61,217 nt of DNA from an uncultured virus (IMG/VR IMGVR_UViG_3300032226_001346) (lineage: Duplodnaviria > Heunggongvirae > Uroviricota > Caudoviricetes), in the IMG/VR virus record IMGVR_UViG_3300032226_001346, one strand, 5' to 3'. The translations under genes and the position numbers were made by a program. The number at the start of each line of letters is the position of its first letter. The stretch's first letter is position 1. Below are positions 38,519-46,645 of the stretch, in pieces. The notes below the pieces were generated by a model that did not search any database, was not told where the DNA came from, and saw only the letters and a program-made list of their open reading frames with translations.

Positions 38519-38967
38519 TCTTCAAAATTAGACATAAAACCATCTTCGTCAAATTTATCCAGTTGCTTATGTACAAAATCTACAATAAACATATCACATT
38601 CCGATAAAGCTTGCAAAATTAAAGCGTCTCCAAGACTGCAAACATTATAAATATCTTGTTTTTCGTGTGACCAATGCAATCTACAATAAAACACATCACC
38701 GTATTTTGCCTCAATAATCACTCTTTGTAATTCAAATCCTGCACTTTTCTTAAATTGTAATAAAATTTGGTGAATGATGTTTATGTGGGGATTTTCTGCA
38801 CATCCAGAATCCACAAAAGTGAGTATAGTTCCATCATAGGAATTCAATTTCAGTCCATATAATTCTTCTCTGATGTTCAGACCAACAACATAATCTGAAT
38901 TATCATCAAGAACTATTTTTTCAAGATGGCATTCTATTAATTCAAAAGATTCTGTATTGTTATTCAT
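38515..38967 (-). CDS. bifunctional nuclease family (DUF151/BFN-like) protein, divergent
   Basis: LQRVIIEAKYGDVFYCRL..SLGDALIL..CDMFI; start MNNNTES preferred. Confidence 0.65.
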   Translation of the reverse strand: MNNNTESFELIECHLEKIVLDDNSDYVVGLNIREELYGLKLNSYDGTILTFVDSGCAENPHINIIHQILLQFKKSAGFELQRVIIEAKYGDVFYCRLHWSHEKQDIYNVCSLGDALILQALSECDMFIVDFVHKQLDKFDEDGFMSNFED

Positions 38968-38990
38968 ATGTTCAAATTTGTGTAAGTTTT

Positions 38991-39401
38991 TCAAAGCGGT
39001 GATTGATTGTTGCATTTGGGGCACGACTTGCAAAACTTATGATTCATTAAATGACCAACACCAATTAAAGCCGCACCAATAGTAATGATATATTCATTCG
39101 ACTGTACTAAAGTGTGAGCGAAAAAATTCAACAATAATAAAATGGAACCAGATAAAAACAAAGTGGGAATAATCAGCTGTTTATGTTTTTTAAAATTTAA
39201 TGTCACAGCTAAAACAGAGTTTGATATCGCAAATACAATCATTAATAATTCTGTCAGTGGGTGCTCCATGAATGAAAGGAACGCAGCAAAAGGAATAGTC
39301 GCCAAAAGAATAGGTAGAAGTAAGCAATGAACAAGACATGAGATAGAAAGAATCATCCCTGCTTTATCTAATTTTTCAGAAAAGTTTGATTTGTTTGTCA
39401 T
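38991..39401 (-). CDS. MerC-domain membrane protein
   Basis: LDKAGMILSISCLVHCLLLP, KKHK, GHLMN; four hydrophobic segments; C-terminal CKSCPKC. Confidence 0.8.
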   Translation of the reverse strand: MTNKSNFSEKLDKAGMILSISCLVHCLLLPILLATIPFAAFLSFMEHPLTELLMIVFAISNSVLAVTLNFKKHKQLIIPTLFLSGSILLLLNFFAHTLVQSNEYIITIGAALIGVGHLMNHKFCKSCPKCNNQSPL

Positions 39402-39993
39402 CTTTAATTTTATACGAAAATCTATGAATTTTATTTGGGTAACCATTGTCTTTTACATGATTAATGTAATCTACTCCATAGCCTTTATTTATTTCTAAAT
39501 TCCAATGAGGGTATTCCCGCGCCAAATCAATTATACTTCTGTCTCTATGAGTTTTTGCAAGTATAGAAGCACAGGCAATTGAAAAAGATTTGGAATCACC
39601 TTTCTCAAAAGATAAAAATCCGCGATGATTTTTCATAATATTGCCATCCACTAAATTAATTATATTTTTATATTTACTTTCTGTAATATCTTTTAATTGA
39701 ATAAACGCTGAGATGTTAATTTGCTGTATTCCAATTGTATCTATTTCTGAGTTATTATATTCTACAATATGATAAAATAATGCATTTTCTTTGATTTCTT
39801 TTTCAAATTCTTCTAGTTGTGTACGTGAAAGTTTTTTAGAATCAGTTATTTTTGGATTATAATAATCATCGGGTAGTATTACACAGGCCGCCACAAGACT
39901 AAAAACCATCGATCCTCTGCCTGTTTCGTCCATGCCAACAACATAATCAGCTTTATGTTTAGATTTTAATTCCAGGTCAAATTCTTTAAGCAT
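39376..39993 (-). CDS. rnhB: ribonuclease HII
   Basis: GMDETGRG, DSKKL, VDGN, KGDSKSFSIACASILAK.HRD, NKGYG. Confidence 0.92.
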   Translation of the reverse strand: MLKEFDLELKSKHKADYVVGMDETGRGSMVFSLVAACVILPDDYYNPKITDSKKLSRTQLEEFEKEIKENALFYHIVEYNNSEIDTIGIQQINISAFIQLKDITESKYKNIINLVDGNIMKNHRGFLSFEKGDSKSFSIACASILAKTHRDRSIIDLAREYPHWNLEINKGYGVDYINHVKDNGYPNKIHRFSYKIKDDKQIKLF

Positions 39994-41614
39994 CTAATGA
40001 TTGTATGAATATTTTGAGCTTGTCTATAGAGTCTTTAACAGAATCATAAATTTCTTGATATTCATCTCCTTGTCCATCCGCAATACTCTTATAAAATGCC
40101 TTTGTTCGAGCTTGTTCTCTGAGCATTTCTAATTCTATACGATCTGCAACCAATTTATCTTCATTGATATTTGCATCAATTAAATCTAAGCTTTCGTTTA
40201 TTTTATCTGAGGTAAGAGATTTGAGCGTAACATTCGATTGTAATCCAGATATTTTATCAAAAGCTGAAACGGTCACTAATCCAGATGAGTCTATATCAAA
40301 TTTTACAATAATTTTTGTCTGTCCTTTGGGTCTCTTTTCAAATCCCGATAATTCAAATTCCCCGAGAAATTCATTATCTTTTACTAAAGGCCTTTCGCCT
40401 TGATAAATTTTTATTAACACTGAATCTTGATTATCTTCAGAAGTAATAAAATCTTCACCAGAACTAACGGGAAGATTGGTATTTCTTGGAATAATTTTGT
40501 GAAGCAAACCTCCTTTGGTTTCAATCCCCAAAGACAAAGGAGTGACATCAATTAGAACGGAAGAGTTTGTTGATTTTTCTTGAAGAGAATGTGCTAAATT
40601 TGCCGCACCTGCTGCCACTGTAAGGTCTGGATCAATTTCATGATACACTTTTGTCTTAAAATTTTCCTTAACATATTCTCTTACATAACGAGATTTTGTA
40701 CTTCCGCCCACTAAAATAATTTTGTCTAATTGCGATATTTTTTTATTTGCATCATTCAGGGCGTTCAATACGTGTGATTTGGTTTTATAAAGAAGAGATT
40801 GAATCATATCCGAATATTCAGATGATGTTATTTCAAAAATATGATGATAAATTTTACTATCTAAAGTTCCACAATATTTCATTTGCTTTCGTACATTACT
40901 TTTATAATTCAATTGTACTTTTATTTCTTCAGCAAATTTTTTCAATCTGACATCAAAATCTTTAAAGGGCTTGAAATTATTGGGTAAATTTTTTCGGAAC
41001 AAATCAACAATTAATCTGTCAAAATCGTCTCCTCCCAATCTTGTATCACCTGATGTGCTTAAAACTTGATAAACATTATCGTCTGACAACTGCAGCAAAG
41101 TAACATCAAATGTGCCACCACCGAGGTCATAAACCAAAACTAATTCGTTAAGATTTGTATCTTCTCCATAAGCTAATGCTGCTGCAGTGGGTTCATTGAT
41201 GATCCTAAGAACATCAAGTCCTGCATTTTCTGCCGCTTTTTTAGTTTCCACTCTTTGGTTTTGGTTGAAATACGCTGGCACTGTAATAACAATTCCATCT
41301 ATTTTTTGGCTCGTATTTTTTTCAGTAATTTCTGCAAGATATTTTAAAATATGTTGAGCAACCAGAGTGGGACTTACACCATCAATAATCTCAATGTTTT
41401 GTCCAATAAATCTTTTAGAAGATCTAATCGTATTGTTTGGATATTCTTCTTCTTTTTCTACAGCGTCTCTTCCAACATATCCATCCTCGGCAAAACAAAC
41501 AACCGAAGGAATTAGATTATGCCCAGATTCGTCTGTGACAAATTTAAAAAAACCATCTTTGTAACTTACAACTGAATTGGTGGTTCCTAAATCTACACCT
41601 ACAAATAAACCCAT
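39986..41614 (-). CDS. dnaK: Hsp70/DnaK chaperone with short C-terminal lid
   Basis: GVDLGTTNS, TVPAYFN, IINEPTAAALAYG, DLGGGTFDV, LGGDDFD, LVGGST, DVTPLSLGIET. Confidence 0.95.
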   Translation of the reverse strand: MGLFVGVDLGTTNSVVSYKDGFFKFVTDESGHNLIPSVVCFAEDGYVGRDAVEKEEEYPNNTIRSSKRFIGQNIEIIDGVSPTLVAQHILKYLAEITEKNTSQKIDGIVITVPAYFNQNQRVETKKAAENAGLDVLRIINEPTAAALAYGEDTNLNELVLVYDLGGGTFDVTLLQLSDDNVYQVLSTSGDTRLGGDDFDRLIVDLFRKNLPNNFKPFKDFDVRLKKFAEEIKVQLNYKSNVRKQMKYCGTLDSKIYHHIFEITSSEYSDMIQSLLYKTKSHVLNALNDANKKISQLDKIILVGGSTKSRYVREYVKENFKTKVYHEIDPDLTVAAGAANLAHSLQEKSTNSSVLIDVTPLSLGIETKGGLLHKIIPRNTNLPVSSGEDFITSEDNQDSVLIKIYQGERPLVKDNEFLGEFELSGFEKRPKGQTKIIVKFDIDSSGLVTVSAFDKISGLQSNVTLKSLTSDKINESLDLIDANINEDKLVADRIELEMLREQARTKAFYKSIADGQGDEYQEIYDSVKDSIDKLKIFIQSLDA

Positions 41615-41619
41615 AAGAT

Positions 41620-41976
41620 TTATTGTACATCTTCAGGCGGATTAGCTGCCCCTGGGTAATATCCATCAAATAAATTAAACAAAGGATTGTCATCTGAAAA
41701 CAATTCATGTCTAAAAGACTCTCTATCTTTTTCTGTAAATATTTTAATTTTATTTTGTGGCGTTTCTCTTGCAGGAAGATTTTCTTTGTAGTCGTGGACC
41801 ATGTTTATCATTTGTGCCACCATAAATCTATCTCTACATGATGGGCATTTCATTATGGCATAAACTTCCAGTTCCGATTTAGGTAACCATCCCAAATGGC
41901 AATCTTGATAAAATTCAGCACGGCATGTGCGGTTAGGACATTTTGTCGGAGCTCCAAATACAACAGACTTAAACAT
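41620..41976 (-). CDS. zinc-ribbon protein
   Basis: CPNRTC and CPSC. Confidence 0.6.
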   Translation of the reverse strand: MFKSVVFGAPTKCPNRTCRAEFYQDCHLGWLPKSELEVYAIMKCPSCRDRFMVAQMINMVHDYKENLPARETPQNKIKIFTEKDRESFRHELFSDDNPLFNLFDGYYPGAANPPEDVQ

Positions 41977-43609
41977 AAGTTCCTTTACTACTGTTATATT
42001 TAAGCATCTTTACTTGAAATTCCGGCTCTGTTTTATATGCTTTTGTCCTTGAATAGTAATGATTTCTAAGATTTTTTTCTTTATGCTTGAAATCAAAGAT
42101 CACACAATCTTTTTTACCAGGTGCCTTTCTTAACACCCTTCCTACTTGCTGAATTACTGTATTCAGTGTGCCAGTGGAGCCCGCCAGAATTAAACCACTA
42201 ATTTTGGGAGCATCTATACCTGTATTGGCCCATTGAGTGGCTATAAGAATGATTTCATTGTTCTCACATCGGTTTAATTGATATTTGCGATAATCCATTT
42301 CTTCATCTGAAATAGGGCGATCATCCCCTCCATCGCCACCAGGCACAAACAGGCAATCTTCTATCATTTTTTGCAGAATTTCACCATGTTCAAGTCTTTC
42401 AACAAGAATAAGAGTGGGTCTACCTTGCCGCTTCATATCTTCAGCTAAATATTTAATTAAAGTATTTTTTTGCTCATTTAATACAATCGCGTTTTTGTAT
42501 GTTTCTTGATAAGAAGAAGAAGTACGATCAATATGCTCTAAATCGATTGTGTAAATGTGGGGTTTAACCAAAAAATCTCTTTTTATAAGCTCAGATGCTG
42601 TTACTTTGTGTATAATTGGCCCAGTGGCCCCAAACATTCTTAAGTCTTGATTGTCCATTCTTTGTGGAGTTGCGGATAATCCACATTTATAATATGCTTT
42701 TTCCGCCTTCAAAGAAATATTTTCAATAACCTCAGCAGCTAAATGAGTTTCATCAATAATTAATAACTGGCAACTAGAAACAATATCTCTTATTTTTGAT
42801 TTATTCGCAATAAACTTCTTTTTATTTTCAATTTTTTTCTCCACTTCTTTTATTTTTTTTGCAATTGCTTTTAATTTTGAAGTGGGTGAATTTTTATAAT
42901 CCACCTCTAAAATATCTAATTGTTTTTGCAAACTAGGTAAAGAAATCTTATCTTCCTCTATATTGATAACTTTTTTCTTTGATTCGGAGTATTTTTGATT
43001 ATACGCGGTGAGAATTGTGTGGTAGGTAGCAATATTTACACCATTTTCAGCTATTTTACACACACCTCCGCCAATCTCTCCTATTTCAAAATCGTCAACC
43101 AAGGGCTTTAATGATTGCTTAAACTCTGCTACTGTTTGTTTAAGTAAAGAAACAGATGGGACGACAAATATCACGGGGTAAACTGATAGATCAGAAATAA
43201 TACCGCATGAACTTTTTGTTTTTCCAGCACCTGTGCACATAGCTAAAATTCCGCGCTGATTTTCCTTAATTACTTGGATTGCTTTTTGTTGATAATCTCT
43301 AAAATTGTGTTCACCTAAATCTACCACACAATTTTTTGAAACTATTGGTTGTTTTCTTTCGTCAGTGATTTTGAAATTTATTTTTGATTCTCTTAATTTA
43401 TCGGCTATTATATTTAAAAGGCCACTAGGAAATGTACATGTCTTTTTACTAAAAAGAGAAATTTTTCCATTCCAGCTTCCACTCTGGTATTTATCAGACC
43501 ATTCTGCCGCAGGTACACTATAAGAGCATTGCTCGTTGATAAATTCAATTTCCGCTCTATCAGCATACAATACTCTTATAGTGTCATTATTGTAGATTAA
43601 CTCTATCAC
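41969..43609 (-). CDS. superfamily 2 (UvsW-like) helicase
   Basis: RDYQ, CTGAGKT, IIDETH, LSATP, TGIDAP, QQVGRVLR; Lys-rich coiled-coil insertion. Confidence 0.9.
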   Translation of the reverse strand: MIELIYNNDTIRVLYADRAEIEFINEQCSYSVPAAEWSDKYQSGSWNGKISLFSKKTCTFPSGLLNIIADKLRESKINFKITDERKQPIVSKNCVVDLGEHNFRDYQQKAIQVIKENQRGILAMCTGAGKTKSSCGIISDLSVYPVIFVVPSVSLLKQTVAEFKQSLKPLVDDFEIGEIGGGVCKIAENGVNIATYHTILTAYNQKYSESKKKVINIEEDKISLPSLQKQLDILEVDYKNSPTSKLKAIAKKIKEVEKKIENKKKFIANKSKIRDIVSSCQLLIIDETHLAAEVIENISLKAEKAYYKCGLSATPQRMDNQDLRMFGATGPIIHKVTASELIKRDFLVKPHIYTIDLEHIDRTSSSYQETYKNAIVLNEQKNTLIKYLAEDMKRQGRPTLILVERLEHGEILQKMIEDCLFVPGGDGGDDRPISDEEMDYRKYQLNRCENNEIILIATQWANTGIDAPKISGLILAGSTGTLNTVIQQVGRVLRKAPGKKDCVIFDFKHKEKNLRNHYYSRTKAYKTEPEFQVKMLKYNSSKGTYV

Positions 43610-43642
43610 AATATATTTTACGATAAAAATATAAAAAGATGA

Positions 43643-43843
43643 TTACACTCTTACTGCAATTTCATCTTCATCAGCTTCATCTAAATCGATTGCGATATCC
43701 GCCTCTTTTGTAAGAGGTACATCAAGTACATCTTTGATGAGAACATCATTACTCCATGTAAGATTGGGTTCATTGTCTGGATTAGCTGTGTCCTTGTCTA
43801 CCATTTCTTCGATTGTGCCTTTTGCGCGTTTGATCATTGCCAT
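43643..43843 (-). CDS. small acidic hypothetical protein
   Basis: AAGGAG SD 7 nt before ATG. Confidence 0.6.
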   Translation of the reverse strand: MAMIKRAKGTIEEMVDKDTANPDNEPNLTWSNDVLIKDVLDVPLTKEADIAIDLDEADEDEIAVRV

Positions 43844-43854
43844 ATTAATTCTCC

Positions 43855-44838
43855 TTATTTAGTTATTCTAAAAGATACAATGTAATCACCCTGTCTACTA
43901 TTATCTGAGCTTTTTAGGCCTTTTCCTGAGAAACTGATTGATTTATCAGAATGCTCTAGATTTTCAAGATTATAAGACAACATTTCTACATCAAATCTGT
44001 TTAGATTTACTGTATTATTATTATACCAATCTTTTAAGGTAATATTGGCTTTGTATTTAACATTTCCCTCTTTGTCTATAGTAAAGTGGTCAGATTTTGG
44101 CTGAAGAGTTATATTCAGATCGCCTGGAGGTAAATCATTTTTTTCTTTATTTCCTTTACTATGCACAGCAAGAGTGGAGTATATCGGGCAATTTTCAGGA
44201 ATTCTAAGATCAATTTCTTCTTGGATTGTTTTTATACCACCAGAACATTCGTCACACAATCGCGAAAAGCTTTGACCTTTGCCATTACATACAGAGCAGG
44301 GGACGCTTTGTTGCAAAATCATAAACCCTTGTTGGATTTGTCTCATTTGCACACCGTGGCCATTGCATCCATGGCATGTTTTTGGATTGTGGCCGCCAAG
44401 TCCATTACATGAGGGGCAAGCTACATTTTTTGGGAAATTTATTTTTTTAACACAACCTAACAATAAATCTTTCAGTGAAAGATCAATAGAGGCATTGATA
44501 TCTGAATTAACTGCCCTTTGTCTTTTTTGTTGGCCGCCGCCAAAAAATTGATCAAAGAAAGAATTAGGATCAAACCCCCCCATCCCTTCAAATGGATTGA
44601 ATCCGCCGCCGTAACCATTTTGTGGCCCTGACGCTGAACCAAACCTGTCATAATTATTTTTTTTATCAGGGTCAGAAAGCACATCATAGGCCTCTGATAA
44701 TTCCTTGAATTTATTTTCGGCCTCTGGATTTCCTGGGTTTACATCGGGGTGATATTCTTTTGCCAATTTACGATAAGCTTTTTTGATATCTTCCTCTGAA
44801 GCGTTTTTTTCTATTCCTAAAATTGCGTAATAATCCAT
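43855..44838 (-). CDS. dnaJ: DnaJ chaperone (class A)
   Basis: DYYAILG..YHPDVN J-domain, G/F region, four CxxC zinc repeats, PGDL. Confidence 0.95.
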   Translation of the reverse strand: MDYYAILGIEKNASEEDIKKAYRKLAKEYHPDVNPGNPEAENKFKELSEAYDVLSDPDKKNNYDRFGSASGPQNGYGGGFNPFEGMGGFDPNSFFDQFFGGGQQKRQRAVNSDINASIDLSLKDLLLGCVKKINFPKNVACPSCNGLGGHNPKTCHGCNGHGVQMRQIQQGFMILQQSVPCSVCNGKGQSFSRLCDECSGGIKTIQEEIDLRIPENCPIYSTLAVHSKGNKEKNDLPPGDLNITLQPKSDHFTIDKEGNVKYKANITLKDWYNNNTVNLNRFDVEMLSYNLENLEHSDKSISFSGKGLKSSDNSRQGDYIVSFRITK

Positions 44839-44846
44839 TATGGATA

Positions 44847-45473
44847 TTATACGGATTTTTTTATCAAGTCTAAAATCTTATTGGCGGGGCAAATTACGTT
44901 CTCGCCGATTCCTAAATTCGCTAAAGTTCCTGTTACTCCTATAACAGAACCAATTACTAGTCCATCAGTGGTAATGCACATTCCACCGCTGACACCTTGA
45001 AGAATTTTAGCATCAACAAAAATTACATCATTCCATGCTGGTGAGGGGGCCGAAGAACCCATAGATTGGTGCATATTAGAAATTCTACCTACGCTAACAG
45101 TGTCATGCCATCCCTCAGGAGCTCCAAGTACAGCAACAGTTTCGCCCAACTCCAAATTATCGGAATTAGCAAGAGCCACTGCGGCAATTGTTGAATAGTC
45201 TCCCTGAATTTGTAATATAGCCGCATCGATATTGGGGTCAGATTTAAAAATTTTAGCAGAATACATTATTTGCTGATCAAATGTCAGATTAATTTCACCA
45301 GAATCTTGTATTTCTGGTGGAGCCACATGGCTTGCTGTGACAACATATCCATTGCCGATATGAAAGCCGCTTCCAGACCAAGATTTTTTTCTTGTTTTCA
45401 CATAAATAGAGCATGAAGCAGGAATAGCTACTTGAATCACTTCTTGTATTTTGTCTGATACTTTTTTAGGCAT
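44847..45473 (-). CDS. stand-alone trypsin-like serine protease
   Basis: [21 protein letters not shown] triad motifs; no PDZ or TM segment. Confidence 0.85.
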   Translation of the reverse strand: MPKKVSDKIQEVIQVAIPASCSIYVKTRKKSWSGSGFHIGNGYVVTASHVAPPEIQDSGEINLTFDQQIMYSAKIFKSDPNIDAAILQIQGDYSTIAAVALANSDNLELGETVAVLGAPEGWHDTVSVGRISNMHQSMGSSAPSPAWNDVIFVDAKILQGVSGGMCITTDGLVIGSVIGVTGTLANLGIGENVICPANKILDLIKKSV

Positions 45474-45474
45474 A

Positions 45475-46398
45475 TTACTCCCATTTCATATTACAAAACT
45501 CTGGCACAGAAATATCATACTGACCTGGCGCAGCAATTCTGTGTGAAGCGTCTTTGGAACCAATGTCTTGCAAAATTTTAATCATTTCTTTGTAATTTAT
45601 TTCAGATTGTTTTCCAATTGATTTTTTCCAAGATATAATTAAGGACACAATCCCAGAAATACATGGCGCGGCCATGCTTGTGCCATCTAAATTAATATAT
45701 TGATTGTTGCCCCAAGTTGAATAAATATGCACCCCTGGAGCGGCTGTGTCTAGTTCTGGGCCACGCGAAGAAAATTTTGCCATAGAGCCATCATTTTGAA
45801 CTGCTGCTACCGCAATTGTTTCGTCATATTTTGCTGGATAATTTACTGACCCTCCATCATTCCCGGCGGCACAGACAATGATTTTGTTTTGATCAACTAT
45901 TTCTTTGATTATTTGATGTAAACTATCATCACTTGGCACCACGCTTGCACCCAATGACATATTAACCACATCTACGTCTATATTCTTAACAATCTCCAGC
46001 CCTTGTCTCACAAATTCATAAGAACCATTCCCAGAATCTTCCAACACTTTTATTGGCACTAATTTTGCCATTGGAGCTAAACCTGTTACACCAAATGAAT
46101 CTGGGTTTGAATTCGCCGCAATTATTCCAGCGACATGTGTCGAATGAAAGCTGCCATGATCTAAATAGTCATTATTTCCGGTTGCATCGTATCCTTGAGA
46201 AAAATTATTAATCAAATCTTTATGAGGGAACCAGCCAGTGTCAAGAATGGCCACTTTAACATTTTCGCCTTTATTATGCTTCCAAGCTTCTTCTACTTCA
46301 ACAAAACCCAAGCCCCAGTTTTGTTCCTGAGATAATACTGATACAATATTGAGAATTTTTTCTCTTAAATCAGGAATTAATCTTATCAGATTGGACAT
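45475..46398 (-). CDS. S8 subtilisin, intracellular serine protease (ISP)-type
   Basis: ILDTG, HSTHVAG, AAGN, GTSMAAP; short N-terminal IRLIPD extension; no signal peptide. Confidence 0.9.
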   Translation of the reverse strand: MSNLIRLIPDLREKILNIVSVLSQEQNWGLGFVEVEEAWKHNKGENVKVAILDTGWFPHKDLINNFSQGYDATGNNDYLDHGSFHSTHVAGIIAANSNPDSFGVTGLAPMAKLVPIKVLEDSGNGSYEFVRQGLEIVKNIDVDVVNMSLGASVVPSDDSLHQIIKEIVDQNKIIVCAAGNDGGSVNYPAKYDETIAVAAVQNDGSMAKFSSRGPELDTAAPGVHIYSTWGNNQYINLDGTSMAAPCISGIVSLIISWKKSIGKQSEINYKEMIKILQDIGSKDASHRIAAPGQYDISVPEFCNMKWE

Positions 46399-46432
46399 AC
46401 TTATATATTTGTGAAAAATTATTTTTTGCCCT
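46399..46432 (-). promoter_or_regulatory. class-1 putative late promoter upstream of the subtilisin
   Basis: minus-strand AGG at 46432, CAAAT about 21 nt on, ATG at 46398. Confidence 0.55.
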
Positions 46433-46434
46433 TT

Positions 46435-46572
46435 TTAGGAAGTTTTGTGGAGATTATGCTCCGCTATCTTCAAAAAGTCTTTCCCTTTCCAATCGTGTTT
46501 GTATGTTTTTTCAGGATTACTTGGAATATTATTTGGTTTTGTTTTTCTTACATTATTTAATTTCAAAACCAC
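46435..46572 (-). CDS. possible small basic protein
   Basis: AAGGTGG upstream of GTG; contains FLKIAEH; fills the intergenic gap. Confidence 0.3.
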   Translation of the reverse strand: MVLKLNNVRKTKPNNIPSNPEKTYKHDWKGKDFLKIAEHNLHKTS

Positions 46573-46645
46573 CTTTTCAAACCACCTTTCCAAACTTTTT
46601 TTGATTAATCTCGAAAAAATATGATGAAAAAATTCAAATTTTGAA

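Noticed and set aside
38991..39401. Mercury-resistance operon or transposon
   Set aside because: No merA, merR, merT, merP or transposase nearby.
38515..46398. Bacterial chromosomal contamination or prophage boundary at the dnaK/dnaJ/rnhB cluster
   Set aside because: The genes are divergent, lack the grpE/hrcA operon context, share composition and promoter motifs with the phage genes, and are interleaved with virion genes.
46550..46590. Short direct repeat TTCAAA(A)CCACCTTT x2, with AGG 34 nt before an ATG-TAA on the minus strand
   Set aside because: Only two copies; equally explained as the SD and start of a small ORF or as chance.
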